A stretch of DNA of 64,000 nt from a virus. Lineage: Duplodnaviria; Caudoviricetes. Positions within the stretch are counted from its first letter, which is position 1; each line of letters begins with the position of its first letter. The stretch spans positions 11,819-75,818 of IMG/VR virus record IMGVR_UViG_2690315917_000002. One strand, written 5' to 3'. A model generated the notes under the pieces. It did no database searches. It worked only from the letters and a program-made list of their open reading frames with translations, and was not told the origin of the DNA. The translations under genes and the position numbers were made by a program. Shown here in pieces: positions 1 through 9,345 of this stretch.

Positions 1-2121
1 TGCCTGCGGCACTGCCGCCCCCCTCGGCATGTTGGTTTGTGAGGCAAGCCACCTCACGGCGATTGGGCTGGTGAGTGCGCGAGCAGTCGCATTTGCTCCA
101 ACTCCACCCGCTGCCACGCCGGCTGCAGTCCTGAAATGGCCACTACCCAAAGCATTGAGAAGGCCAACCCAGTAAGCGATCGCGGTGACCTTGTCGCCGC
201 TGCCAGATGGGTTCGCATAGACCTTTGCGCCCTCTTTGATGTTGTGCGCAACCCGGGCCACCTGGTTCATCGACTCCCTGAAGTTCTTGCCATAGCGACC
301 GAACAGCACCGCCTTGGCCTCCTCGCTCAGGTCATTCCAGTTGCGCATGAAAGTGGACGTACTGAAAACGTCGCCCTCTACGTTCTGATTCCCCGGCGTG
401 GCTAGCCCCAAGCGCTTGATCACAGCTGCGGACACGGCCTTCTGCTCGTCCTGCGGTAGCGAGTACATCACGGCGCGGAGCGTGGTTGCACCATCCCTGG
501 TGCCCGAAGTAGCTGCCTGGTAGACCTTCTCTGGGCCTCCATGTTTGTTCAGAATGCGCTGAACCAGATCATTCCTTTCAGCGACGTTCCGGGTGTAGTT
601 GTTAGCGCGTGCTGCGGCCCGCACTGCTGCCGGTCCACTGTTCTGCGCAGCCGCAAGCATGTCCTCCGACAGGGCCCCATAGACCTTCTGGAGCTCCTGC
701 AGATCAGTGCTAGGGTTCAGGGGCGAGGAGCGCCCGATCTGCTCACCGATGTCGGTGCGGATGCGCTTGAGCGCCTCATACGTCAGGTTTCCGCCATTCG
801 CCTGGAGATCCGCTTCGAGGTTGGTTCGAAGCCTAGTCATGCTGGGCTGGATCAAATCCCCGGTTGTTGCCCTTGCACTCGGGTTGGGAGTGGTGAGCCG
901 CTGAAGAACGCGTTGCGTATTGGCCATGGGAGTCGGCGCGGTTCCAGGGATCTGCTGATCGACCGCCCAGTACAACGCGCGTTTCACCGCGTTTGTGTCG
1001 CCCTTAAAGACATTCATGCCTCTCTCAATTGCGAGACCAGCGTTCTCCGAGCCCGGATTTGGCGAAAGGTTGGAAGCCTTTGCTTTAAGCCCTGCGCCGA
1101 TCCGATCAGCCTGGTCCTCGGCAAATCGGCCGAGTACTCCACCACTCGTAGGACCCTTGGATAGCAGGCCCTCCATCCCCTGAACCCATCCCGGCCCCGC
1201 AGCCTGTCCAACGGAAGGCGTCGCACCAAGTGCCTGGAAGTCAGCAAGTGTGTTCTGCATGCCTTGGCCAGAGCGGCCCCGAACCGCACCGCGCAATGTA
1301 GCCGCGCCGCCAGCCGTCGCAACACCTGGGGCGAGTCCACCCGCAAGCCCGGCAAGGAGCTGATTGCGTTCAGATGCTCCTGATTCGCGCGCTACAGAGG
1401 ATGCTCCAGATCCGGTAATGGAAGACACAGTCTGCAGACCAGGCTGGGTGGTCAGGAGGTCGGCAAGGCGATTCCTGACGGGAGCCACATAGCCCGGGGT
1501 TCGTATTGCAGCGCTCCTTCCAAGATTGGCAAGTGCGTTGATCCCGACGCCAGCACCCATGGTGAGGCTAGTGCCCGCCAGTGCTTCAGCAACATCGCCC
1601 AAAACACGATCAGCGCCAGTCTGTGCCTTGGGTAAGCCGAGCCGATCTGCCAGAGCTGCAGCCTCTTCTCGGTACGGGCGCGACTCCTGCAGGCCCGCAG
1701 CACGCGCCACTGGATTGGCGACATAGTTGTTGAAGGCATCGCCGCCAACTGCACCTAGGAGGCCGCCAGCGCTCTGCAACGCCGAGCGAACGCCGAATGC
1801 GAAGTCACGCCCCCTGCCCGGCATCCACCCATCGGCTTGGCGACCATCTGCAGTACTGGAAACACTGGAGCTCACATCCGAGAAATCAGCCCGCTCGGGT
1901 CTTCCGCCAACAACTTCGAGCTCCATTGGAGCCTGTCCAGGCCAATTCACAGTGCGCGAGGTGTCACTGTCGAACGCCTGACGAACCTGAGCATGCTCAG
2001 CAGCAGGCACATGCGGAGCAACAACTTCGTTCCAGTATTGATTACGAGCCTCCTCCTGCTGCTCTGGCGCAAGGGCCTGGTAGGCAGGGGAAGCGGCCAC
2101 GTCAACCCATTTCTTGGCCAT
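1..2121 (-). CDS. P22 gp16-like DNA transfer/ejection protein (partial, runs off window; absent from the ORF track)
   Basis: Manual translation from ATG 2121 gives MAKKWVDVAASPAYQALAPEQQEEARNQYWNEVVAP..., open to position 1; N-terminus resembles Sf6/HK620-type DNA transfer proteins; third gene of the ejection trio. Confidence 0.8.
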   Translation of the reverse strand, partial: MAKKWVDVAASPAYQALAPEQQEEARNQYWNEVVAPHVPAAEHAQVRQAFDSDTSRTVNWPGQAPMELEVVGGRPERADFSDVSSSVSSTADGRQADGWMPGRGRDFAFGVRSALQSAGGLLGAVGGDAFNNYVANPVARAAGLQESRPYREEAAALADRLGLPKAQTGADRVLGDVAEALAGTSLTMGAGVGINALANLGRSAAIRTPGYVAPVRNRLADLLTTQPGLQTVSSITGSGASSVARESGASERNQLLAGLAGGLAPGVATAGGAATLRGAVRGRSGQGMQNTLADFQALGATPSVGQAAGPGWVQGMEGLLSKGPTSGGVLGRFAEDQADRIGAGLKAKASNLSPNPGSENAGLAIERGMNVFKGDTNAVKRALYWAVDQQIPGTAPTPMANTQRVLQRLTTPNPSARATTGDLIQPSMTRLRTNLEADLQANGGNLTYEALKRIRTDIGEQIGRSSPLNPSTDLQELQKVYGALSEDMLAAAQNSGPAAVRAAARANNYTRNVAERNDLVQRILNKHGGPEKVYQAATSGTRDGATTLRAVMYSLPQDEQKAVSAAVIKRLGLATPGNQNVEGDVFSTSTFMRNWNDLSEEAKAVLFGRYGKNFRESMNQVARVAHNIKEGAKVYANPSGSGDKVTAIAYWVGLLNALGSGHFRTAAGVAAGGVGANATARALTSPIAVRWLASQTNMPRGAAVPQA

Positions 2122-2124
2122 TGG

Positions 2125-3795
2125 TCAGTTCCAGAGATTGCTGTAGTTGGAAGAAGATGGCGTTGATGAAGGAGCTGCGCCTCCGTAGTGCTGGCCAGCC
2201 CCTACAGCGGGCGCTGCGCTCTGAGCCCGCTCCTCGTCCGCCAAGGACTGTTCCACCGCGGACCTCCACTTCTTGTAGTGTGTCTTTACACGCTCAATGT
2301 TGTCTCTGATCTGAGCCTCAGACTGATTGGGATCGAGGTTGGCAATCGTTGATTGCAGCGCAACCAGCTCCTGTACCGCGATGGCGCCGAGCGCACCGCC
2401 CGTGGGCGACGAATCGCGCATCTGCTGCAGCCTGTCGAAGCCGAGGTTGGCCTTGATGGTTTCCAGTTCTGCAGCCAGGTTGTAGGAGGGGCTCCCCTCA
2501 ACGCCACGAGAGCGAGCGCCTACGAAGCCAGTCGAATATGGGCTTACTAGACCGAGCGCCTTGTCCAGCGACGTTTCCACGTTCCCGGCGGCGGTCAGAG
2601 CCTGTCTGTACTGCTGGATACGTTTCGGACGCTGTGCAGCGTCCTTAGCCTGTGCTTCCGCTGCTGCTGTCCCGGCTGCTTGAGTGATCGCCCCCTGGGT
2701 CTTCACATCCTGCAGCTGACGCTCCTGATTGAGCTTGTTCGGGAAGTTAGCGTTCTCCACATTCGTCGTAGCCTGCGCAGTGCGCGCAGCTTGATCTTCG
2801 GGGCTGCGGCCAACCGCAAGTGCAGGGTTGATGTTGTTGGAGGCTCCGCGAGGCAACTGCAGGTGGATGTGATCGCCTTCATCGATGGCCTGATAGCCAA
2901 GCTGGCGCGCACGGGAAATGAAGGCAGGCTTCTGATTGGCAGGAACGGCGTAGTCAGCAGCGGTCCCATTGAGATGCTGGCTGTTGGGCTGGCCGCCCAC
3001 CTGGGCATTCCTCTCGGCAGAACGGACACCACTGGTCATCGTCACAGCCGGGAATTCGGTCGCCAGCTGGCTGAATGCAGCGTAGTGGTTGCCGTTTGCC
3101 GGAGAAGCCACAGCCTGCGGTGCAGCCCCCATCCCAGCAGTGCCGCCCAAGGGCACAAACTCCCCGGTGGACTCGTCATATACCTCACGCGAGCCCGTAC
3201 GCGGATTGTTTCGACCCATGCGCTTAAGACCATCCGCACCTTGGAATTCAAAGAATCCGTAACCGGCATTGGAGGCTCGCCCTTCAAGGCCCAGCTGGAC
3301 ACGGCGGGCGCGCTCCTTGTCTTCCGGTGACAGACCAGATGTCATCATCTGGAAGGACCGAACATCCGTCGGCATCTGGCCGCCGGTGCCAGCCATGTAG
3401 AGGTCATTGGCGCTTCTCATGATGACCGCCTCGGTTTCAGGAGACCACCGAGGGGCGCCAGACACCCCCATCTTCTGCAGCTCGGGGAGCATCCGGTTGT
3501 TGTACAGGCTCTCTCGGGCCTCTGGCGGCATGGCCGTAAGCAGCTTGGCCATGTTCACCATGGTGGTATTGCGGCGCTCGTCCGCGCTGGCAAACGCCTG
3601 CTCCTGCTGCTGCGCGGCACGAGGGCTGAGTGCAGCCATCTGGCCGAGAAGCGACTGTCGCTGCTCCTGTGGCGCTTCATAGGAAAGCTGGGCCAGACGG
3701 TTCAGCTGCTGCTGGTCACGCTGGGCCTTGATCTGCTGGCCGAACTGGTTGCCCGCAGAAAGCGAGGCCAAGAAATTCTGCTGGAAGTCTGCCAT
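2125..3795 (-). CDS. P22 gp20-like ejection protein with internal peptidase M15-type domain
   Basis: Q/A-rich helical protein between gp7-like and gp16-like genes; motif TSGVRS..N..VGG..NSQHL.G.AAD...DHIHL. Confidence 0.75.
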   Translation of the reverse strand: MADFQQNFLASLSAGNQFGQQIKAQRDQQQLNRLAQLSYEAPQEQRQSLLGQMAALSPRAAQQQEQAFASADERRNTTMVNMAKLLTAMPPEARESLYNNRMLPELQKMGVSGAPRWSPETEAVIMRSANDLYMAGTGGQMPTDVRSFQMMTSGLSPEDKERARRVQLGLEGRASNAGYGFFEFQGADGLKRMGRNNPRTGSREVYDESTGEFVPLGGTAGMGAAPQAVASPANGNHYAAFSQLATEFPAVTMTSGVRSAERNAQVGGQPNSQHLNGTAADYAVPANQKPAFISRARQLGYQAIDEGDHIHLQLPRGASNNINPALAVGRSPEDQAARTAQATTNVENANFPNKLNQERQLQDVKTQGAITQAAGTAAAEAQAKDAAQRPKRIQQYRQALTAAGNVETSLDKALGLVSPYSTGFVGARSRGVEGSPSYNLAAELETIKANLGFDRLQQMRDSSPTGGALGAIAVQELVALQSTIANLDPNQSEAQIRDNIERVKTHYKKWRSAVEQSLADEERAQSAAPAVGAGQHYGGAAPSSTPSSSNYSNLWN

Positions 3796-3798
3796 GTC

Positions 3799-4557
3799 TT
3801 AGTTCCCCCACCCGCCGAAGCTGGATTTGCGGCCATTACCCAAGGCCAGAAAATTCTGCATGTTGTTGCCAAAACCCTGATTGGATCCTGGCGACACGGT
3901 GACTGACTGACCCCAAGCCGACGAAGGCTGCCAGCCGGACAGTGCATTGCCGCCGCCACCTGCCGCACCGGCGTAAGTGCTGGCCGCCGCTGCCAAAGCA
4001 TTGCCATAGCCCGCCTGAGTCATCGGACCAGCAGATGCGATCTGAGCGTTAGCCTGCCCCTTGAGGCCCATGGCATTGGCGAACTGGTTGCCGTAGTTCT
4101 GGCCAAGCTGGCCCAGGTACTGGCTCTGGTTCTGGCCCATGCTGGCGAGGCCCATCAGGCTGTTCCGGTACGCACCCAACTGCTGCGATGCCATGCCCTG
4201 CGCATAGTTGTTCAGGTCAGCCAGCTGGCCGCCCGAGTAGAGCGCGCCGCGAGCCGCTGCCGAGCGGTCGACGCCCTGCAGGCCCTGCTGCAGCGCGAAC
4301 TGGTAGTCGGGGCTGTTCTGGAACCCGGAATAGTCGCCAGAGGCCAGCGCGTTCAGGCCAGTGAGGGCGTTGTTTCCCGCCTCCAAGTACGGCATGGCCT
4401 CCTGACGTGACTGGTCGTAAATGCCCTGCTGGGTGTCCAGTGTCTGCTGGGCTGCGCTTGCTTGGGCGCGGCCCGCCTTCTTCTGTGCGGCGCCTTGGCG
4501 ATTGGCCGAATAGGCCATGCCGGCGCCGACCACTGCTGCTGCGGTGATAGCGGCCAT
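3799..4557 (-). CDS. P22 gp7-like ejection (pilot) protein
   Basis: Hydrophobic N-terminus, A/Q/G-rich, MPYLEAGNNAL and SPDYQF...DRSAAARG.LYSG motifs typical of podovirus ejection proteins; start reset to MAAITAAA. Confidence 0.75.
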   Translation of the reverse strand: MAAITAAAVVGAGMAYSANRQGAAQKKAGRAQASAAQQTLDTQQGIYDQSRQEAMPYLEAGNNALTGLNALASGDYSGFQNSPDYQFALQQGLQGVDRSAAARGALYSGGQLADLNNYAQGMASQQLGAYRNSLMGLASMGQNQSQYLGQLGQNYGNQFANAMGLKGQANAQIASAGPMTQAGYGNALAAAASTYAGAAGGGGNALSGWQPSSAWGQSVTVSPGSNQGFGNNMQNFLALGNGRKSSFGGWGN

Positions 4558-4559
4558 TG

Positions 4560-5009
4560 TCAGAGATCCTTTGTGTAGGAGATTTCGGAGCGCGCATAGC
4601 CCATCCGCTCGTACAGAGCGGCGGCTTGCGGCGGGCTGTTGGGCATATGGACCATCTGGATCCGGTCGCAACCGGCATCGCGCAGCGGCTGCTCAATTGC
4701 GTTGAGTAGCGAGACGGCGACATGTGAACCGCGCGCCTCAGGAGCTACCCACCACACAACCTCGACGCCGAACCTGACGTGTGCGTTGAACAGGAACGGA
4801 GCGATGAAGATGCCGACCATACCGACCAGCTCTTCGCTCTCCTCCGCCACGAAGAACACGTGGTTCTCCACAAGATTCGATGCCAGGGAGGCGACCGTTT
4901 CCTCGTTCATGTCGCACCACTGCGCGTAATGCGTGGTCGGGTAGAAAAGCGCAGACATGCGAACGATCTCCGGCACGTCTGCCAGAGTTGCCTTACGAAT
5001 GGTTGCCAT
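4560..5009 (-). CDS. GNAT-fold acetyltransferase (positional equivalent of P22 gp14)
   Basis: IRKAT..D, WWVAPEARG, LYERMGY GNAT motifs; directly upstream of ejection genes. Confidence 0.8.
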   Translation of the reverse strand: MATIRKATLADVPEIVRMSALFYPTTHYAQWCDMNEETVASLASNLVENHVFFVAEESEELVGMVGIFIAPFLFNAHVRFGVEVVWWVAPEARGSHVAVSLLNAIEQPLRDAGCDRIQMVHMPNSPPQAAALYERMGYARSEISYTKDL

Positions 5010-5560
5010 CAGGCCCTCGGGGTGAAGAAGGCCACCGCGACGAGGCGGCCAGAGTCGTAATCAGTGCCAAACGCGGCAAACGGCCAGCGGCTGTGGAACA
5101 GGGCCGATTCGTAGATGACCATCCGGCCAAGCTTCATTTCGGCCAGTCCGATCTGTTCCCATCGCGATGCGTCGTCCCAATCGCCCTTGACGTGTTCAAA
5201 CAGCGACATATCACCCGGGTCGATTCGATGTGCGCCGGTAGCCTTGTGGCGCCAGAAGGCCGTTCCGCCTTCGCCCTCGCTCAGGTATAGAACTGCCGCG
5301 TGCGTGCCCCAGCCCATGTCAGAGTGGATAGCCGCGTTGGGCAGCTCACCATTGAAGTTGAGCCGGTAGCCCATCCCCAACATTTCCACGGGCCCCATCT
5401 GCGCCTCAATTGCCTCTTGCAGACCAGGAACCGGCGTGAGCGAAACGCGCTTGTAGACCTCGCCGTCATGCCCGGGCCAGTCCACGTATTGCGCTCGCAG
5501 CCCCTCAGCGCGAGCGCTCAGCGCATCAGAGATCGCATTGTCGACAATGATAGGTGGCAT
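5009..5560 (-). CDS. 2OG-Fe(II) oxygenase-like protein (DUF6445-like)
   Basis: HSD...AVLYL..GGTAFW...FHS...GRL triad pattern; GGAG RBS before ATG 5560. Confidence 0.7.
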   Translation of the reverse strand: MPPIIVDNAISDALSARAEGLRAQYVDWPGHDGEVYKRVSLTPVPGLQEAIEAQMGPVEMLGMGYRLNFNGELPNAAIHSDMGWGTHAAVLYLSEGEGGTAFWRHKATGAHRIDPGDMSLFEHVKGDWDDASRWEQIGLAEMKLGRMVIYESALFHSRWPFAAFGTDYDSGRLVAVAFFTPRA

Positions 5561-5625
5561 CAGGTCTCCGGCGGCTAGGTGGCAGAGTGCGTGCGTACTG
5601 AATTGGGTTGCGAGCTTCGAGCCGC

Positions 5626-5664
5626 AAAAAAAAAGAAGGCGGCAGCTCTCTGGGGGCTGCCGCC
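5626..5664 (-). terminator. Intrinsic terminator in the leader of the ejection operon
   Basis: 9-bp stem GGCGGCAGC/GCTGCCGCC followed by TTC-T9 on the minus strand. Confidence 0.8.
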
Positions 5665-5758
5665 CGGACCCGCCCTTGGGGGGACGTGGGGCCCTACTAG
5701 GTAGGTCGGAATACGGGTGCTTTTGACTCCCGCGTCCACCGCCGTCCATGTAGGTCTA

Positions 5759-6502
5759 CTACTCGCAGGAAGCGCCCATTGCGGCGGCAACTCTCCGGCT
5801 GGCGCGGCCCAGCCATTCAAGCAGGCGCCTCTCAGCCGACTGCACCTCGACACGAAACCGCTGCTCTTGGCGGGCTTGGCCCTTGGCCGACTCCCGATAA
5901 GACTGCTGCTGGCGGCCGGCCAGCAATCTCCGGACCGCTTCCAGCGAAGCCCAGTCTGGGTGTCCGCACGCAGTCATGTGCCGACAGACCAACGGCCAGC
6001 TTCTCTCGTCACCGATGGCGTACAGCATCAGCCAGGCGCCAAGTGGACCGTCCAGCTGGGCATCCGCCAGAGCGTGCAGCACCAGCCTGCTCTGCCCCCT
6101 GACAGGCGCGGCCGTCAGCGAGCCCTGCGTCTTCCAGCTCCGTAGCTGGCGAGTACGATCAGCCGCGGTCGGCGCGCGCATCACCGCCATCTGATCAAAA
6201 TCCAGCACTGCTTGGCGATCCTTCGGGCTAAACCTATCCAGCGCCTGCTTACGGGCCGCCGCCTGCGTTGGTAGGTACTTGGATGCGGCCTGCTCAATCG
6301 AGTGCACCCGATGGATAGGCAGGTACGCACCGTCATCCGGGCAGCACTCCTCGCTGGAGCTCCGCCTCGTCGCATGCCGGATTGCGGGCCGTGTTGGCGC
6401 CCCGAAGCCAAACGCGCCAGCGATGCTCCTCACAACCAAATCGACTGCCTCGTTCTCCAGCAGCACCATCTCCAAGTACCGCTCATGGTCTCGAGATGCC
6501 AT
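5759..6502 (-). CDS. Hypothetical protein, candidate late-gene regulator (Q-like position)
   Basis: 247-aa ORF between origin and terminator-preceded late operon; function inferred from position only. Confidence 0.5.
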   Translation of the reverse strand: MASRDHERYLEMVLLENEAVDLVVRSIAGAFGFGAPTRPAIRHATRRSSSEECCPDDGAYLPIHRVHSIEQAASKYLPTQAAARKQALDRFSPKDRQAVLDFDQMAVMRAPTAADRTRQLRSWKTQGSLTAAPVRGQSRLVLHALADAQLDGPLGAWLMLYAIGDERSWPLVCRHMTACGHPDWASLEAVRRLLAGRQQQSYRESAKGQARQEQRFRVEVQSAERRLLEWLGRASRRVAAAMGASCE

Positions 6503-6650
6503 AGGCGGCCTCCCAGCGCGACCCGTCCGGCAGACGGACTACTCCGCCTGCCGAACCGGTTCGCGCTTCTCCTTGGATGCGTCCAGAAGCGACCGCCGTG
6601 GCTTGAAGCCCTAAAGCCAATGCCTTGAAGCAAGAAGAGCACGCTCCGCT

Positions 6651-6812
6651 TGGTATATATCTAGAAGGGTGTACACATAGCGACCTCGAAGGGGTGTGGA
6701 TAACCGCCTGACTGGCCTGCATTGCGACCTCGTAGGTCTCTATGCGGGCCAACTCGTAGCGGGATTGGCCTGCATATCGACCTAGTTGGCCCATATAGCG
6801 ACTACCCATAGC
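6651..6812. other. Putative replication origin (iterons, DnaA box, short AT-rich patch)
   Basis: Imperfect repeats ATAGCGACCTCGAAGG/ATTGCGACCTCGTAGG/ATATCGACCTAGTTGG, perfect DnaA box TGTGGATAA at 6695-6703, adjacent to wHTH gene. Confidence 0.6.
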
Positions 6813-7278
6813 GATTCCTCCACAGGTTCAATGGAGTTACGGTCGGTGGCTCAAGGTGCTTTTCGGACTCATCAACGGCGTAATAGGTCAGCGCATACAG
6901 GCTGCACATGTTCTTGCCACCTTTGCGCGTCTCGATGATCCAGCCTGCGGCGAGGAGCTCAAGCTTGGCGCCGTGCACGGTCGCCTTGCTCCTCCAACCA
7001 CGGGTCGAGAGCATCGACCAGGGGATGCTCAGATCGCCGTTTTTGCCAGGCCTGTACTGCCGGGCCAGTTCCAGCAGCAGCTTTACGGCGTTACCAGATA
7101 GCTGGCCGAACTCCGGCGAGTCGGAAATCCTGTGCTCAAGCATCAGAAACGGCGCGCCCTTCGACCGCCCTACGAGCTTCTGGCGCCGCCTGTCAGTGTT
7201 CTTCTTGGGTTGCGCCTGGCCATAGCTTGCGCCGCCCTCTGGAGACCGCTGGGCGCGGTCTTGGCTTGTACTGTGCAT
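6802..7278 (-). CDS. Winged-HTH protein, probable replication initiator
   Basis: LSGNAVKLLLEL...NGDL...S..TV..A..EL..AGWI...GG pattern of phage/PICI HTH Rep proteins; iterons immediately downstream. Confidence 0.6.
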   Translation of the reverse strand: MHSTSQDRAQRSPEGGASYGQAQPKKNTDRRRQKLVGRSKGAPFLMLEHRISDSPEFGQLSGNAVKLLLELARQYRPGKNGDLSIPWSMLSTRGWRSKATVHGAKLELLAAGWIIETRKGGKNMCSLYALTYYAVDESEKHLEPPTVTPLNLWRNRYG

Positions 7279-7306
7279 GTGCCCCCCAAGGGCAAGGAAC
7301 ACGGCC

Positions 7307-7840
7307 TCAGCCGCGCTTAGGACGTTTGGCTCTACAGGTCGTCCCTGCGTCCACGTGACGCCAAGTCTTCTTCTTGCGGATGCACCTGATAGTTGAACTA
7401 TTCACGCCGTAGCGGCGCGCCCAAACCTTGGTTGGAACGATTCCCACCGTGCGCAGGACAGCTTCCACCTCTGCAACGCTGAGCTTGCACTGGGAGGAGG
7501 GGCTGCCGAACCTGACTATGTTCCGTGCGCGTTGAAGTCGGCGATTCTCCGAACCAGTCACCAATTGCAGGTTGTCCAGCCTGTTGTTCGACGAATCACC
7601 GTCGAGGTGGTCCACCTCCATCCTCTTGGGTACAGGACCGTGGACGGCCTCCCACACGAGTCTGTGGGCATACCAGGTTGTGCAAGAGCCACCTGCCCGG
7701 CGGTGAATGACCCTGATGTACCCGTCACGGTATCTCCGGCCTACTGTCCGCCCGCAGGCGCTCCATAGCTCCCCAGTACTCGGCGAGACGAGGAGGCCGC
7801 TGGCGCAATGCAATAGCTTGTCAGTCGCGCTAGGAAGCAT
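7307..7840 (-). CDS. HNH endonuclease
   Basis: AHRLVWEAVHG...VDHLDGDSSNNRLDNL...SEN motif. Confidence 0.85.
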   Translation of the reverse strand: MLPSATDKLLHCASGLLVSPSTGELWSACGRTVGRRYRDGYIRVIHRRAGGSCTTWYAHRLVWEAVHGPVPKRMEVDHLDGDSSNNRLDNLQLVTGSENRRLQRARNIVRFGSPSSQCKLSVAEVEAVLRTVGIVPTKVWARRYGVNSSTIRCIRKKKTWRHVDAGTTCRAKRPKRG

Positions 7841-8525
7841 TGGGGGCCTCCCAACCGATCTGCTGAGAGCTGCACCAATTGGCTGCATGCTGCTCGAGGA
7901 GAGGTTTGCGCTCACGATATGGCCTGCCCTGCCCGATCCACACCGCGTTCTGCATCCTGAGCTCTTGCTGCAGCTTGAGCTGGTCTGTGGAAAGCGAGTC
8001 CTCACAGACGCCGCCAAAGACCCCAGTGATGCAGTGATTCACGAGTCGATGCTCGGTGGCGTAGTCGTAACCCTTGGGGTCCCGGCCCAGCCCAACCAGC
8101 ATGTCGTGCAGGATGCGGCACATCACGGTGCCTGCGACGCGCTTTGCCATTGCCACATCCTGCCGCGTGCCATTCGAGAGGAATGCCGCTGCGAGAACGT
8201 CAGCCACCTGCTCTTGGAACAGAACCACGCGCTCCCGAATGGCAGCCTTCACCTTGTTAGGATTCACTGTGGCCAGCCAGAACGGGAGCCTAGACAGGGG
8301 CAACGCCTGCATCTGGCGAGCCTTACCATCGCCAGCAACCATCCCCCTTAAGGTAGACAGTTGCCGAGCCAGGACGGGGTGAGATTTCAGCTTCTCGAGC
8401 TGCTTGGACCAATCCAGACCCATGCCTTCCACGATGGGCCGCATGGCGACAAAGGGTTGTCCTTGGTGGAGACGGCCGATGAGTTCGGCACCGTGGAACT
8501 CGACGTGGACGATTCCAGTAGCCAT
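7830..8525 (-). CDS. Phage antirepressor (P22 Ant N-terminal domain)
   Basis: VEFHG...PFVAMRPIVEGMGLDW..Q..KL, WLATVNPNKVK. Confidence 0.85.
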   Translation of the reverse strand: MATGIVHVEFHGAELIGRLHQGQPFVAMRPIVEGMGLDWSKQLEKLKSHPVLARQLSTLRGMVAGDGKARQMQALPLSRLPFWLATVNPNKVKAAIRERVVLFQEQVADVLAAAFLSNGTRQDVAMAKRVAGTVMCRILHDMLVGLGRDPKGYDYATEHRLVNHCITGVFGGVCEDSLSTDQLKLQQELRMQNAVWIGQGRPYRERKPLLEQHAANWCSSQQIGWEAPNAS

Positions 8526-8755
8526 TAGGCGGCCCTCCCCTCTTCGCAACGGGAGTCGATCCAGCACCGCACCGCCTCCGAGTCCCAGGCAGACAAGCGC
8601 GCAGCTACTCGGATAGGTTGGGGGAACCGACCATCCTTCGCCATCTTGTAGATGAGAGAGCGGGACATGCCGCAAGCCGCGATCACCTCGGGCAGGCGCA
8701 TTAGGGTTCGGCCCTGAGCGGCCACGCGCCCAAGCCGGATAGCATCGGAGGTCAT
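8525..8755 (-). CDS. alpA: AlpA family regulator
   Basis: LMRLPEV...GMSRSLIY...GRFPQPIRV...SAW. Confidence 0.9.
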   Translation of the reverse strand: MTSDAIRLGRVAAQGRTLMRLPEVIAACGMSRSLIYKMAKDGRFPQPIRVAARLSAWDSEAVRCWIDSRCEEGRAA

Positions 8756-9006
8756 ACCGAGGTCTCCTTATGCTGAGCCCACGCCCGGCGGGCCGTGTCC
8801 GGCACCCGGTACTCAGTGAGGGAGTAAGCGCCGTAGCTGTCACGCCTCCGAACGCTGACAGCGAGAAGGAGCCCGCGCTCGATCAAGCCCCAGGCATCCT
8901 TACGGCCCGGCTTGGTCTCGGCATGGGGGTGATCTGCGGTCCAGCCACCGAGATCCAGCAGACGTCGCTGACCTGGGCTCAGATCGGAGAAGTCGAATCC
9001 GCTCAT
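8752..9006 (-). CDS. Hypothetical protein
   Basis: ATGA-coupled between xis and alpA. Confidence 0.6.
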   Translation of the reverse strand: MSGFDFSDLSPGQRRLLDLGGWTADHPHAETKPGRKDAWGLIERGLLLAVSVRRRDSYGAYSLTEYRVPDTARRAWAQHKETSV

Positions 9007-9203
9007 CGCACAGCCTCCAGTCTGGAGGACAGCAAGCGCTGGAGATCGACCTCAGGGATCAGGGATCGAGTTCCAATTTTGACCGAGCGGATCTCGCCCG
9101 CTTTGATCAACTCGTAGAGGGTCGTCCGACTGACGCTTAGCCGGCGGCAGGCATCAGGGATTCGGTGGAGCAGGGGGTCGAGAGCGTTCGTGGAGATGAC
9201 CAT
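9003..9203 (-). CDS. Excisionase-family HTH protein
   Basis: ACRRLSVSRTTLYELIKAGEIRSVKIG.RSLI. Confidence 0.85.
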   Translation of the reverse strand: MVISTNALDPLLHRIPDACRRLSVSRTTLYELIKAGEIRSVKIGTRSLIPEVDLQRLLSSRLEAVR

Positions 9204-9345
9204 TGTCCGTACCTGTTAGATGGGTACGAACAAGTGTCCGCACCCGCCCGGCTGTGTCCGGGCGGATGTAAAACTAAGCACACAGCATCTGCACTAGAAG
9301 GGCCAAATGAGGCCCTCATTTTGTTCCGGCCGTATTGCGACACTT

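Noticed and set aside
54-2309. Short ORFs on both strands
   Set aside because: Shadows of the uncalled gp16-like gene
6483-6809. 108-aa minus-strand ORF
   Set aside because: Mostly translates the repeat/DnaA-box region; more likely the origin than a gene, though not excluded
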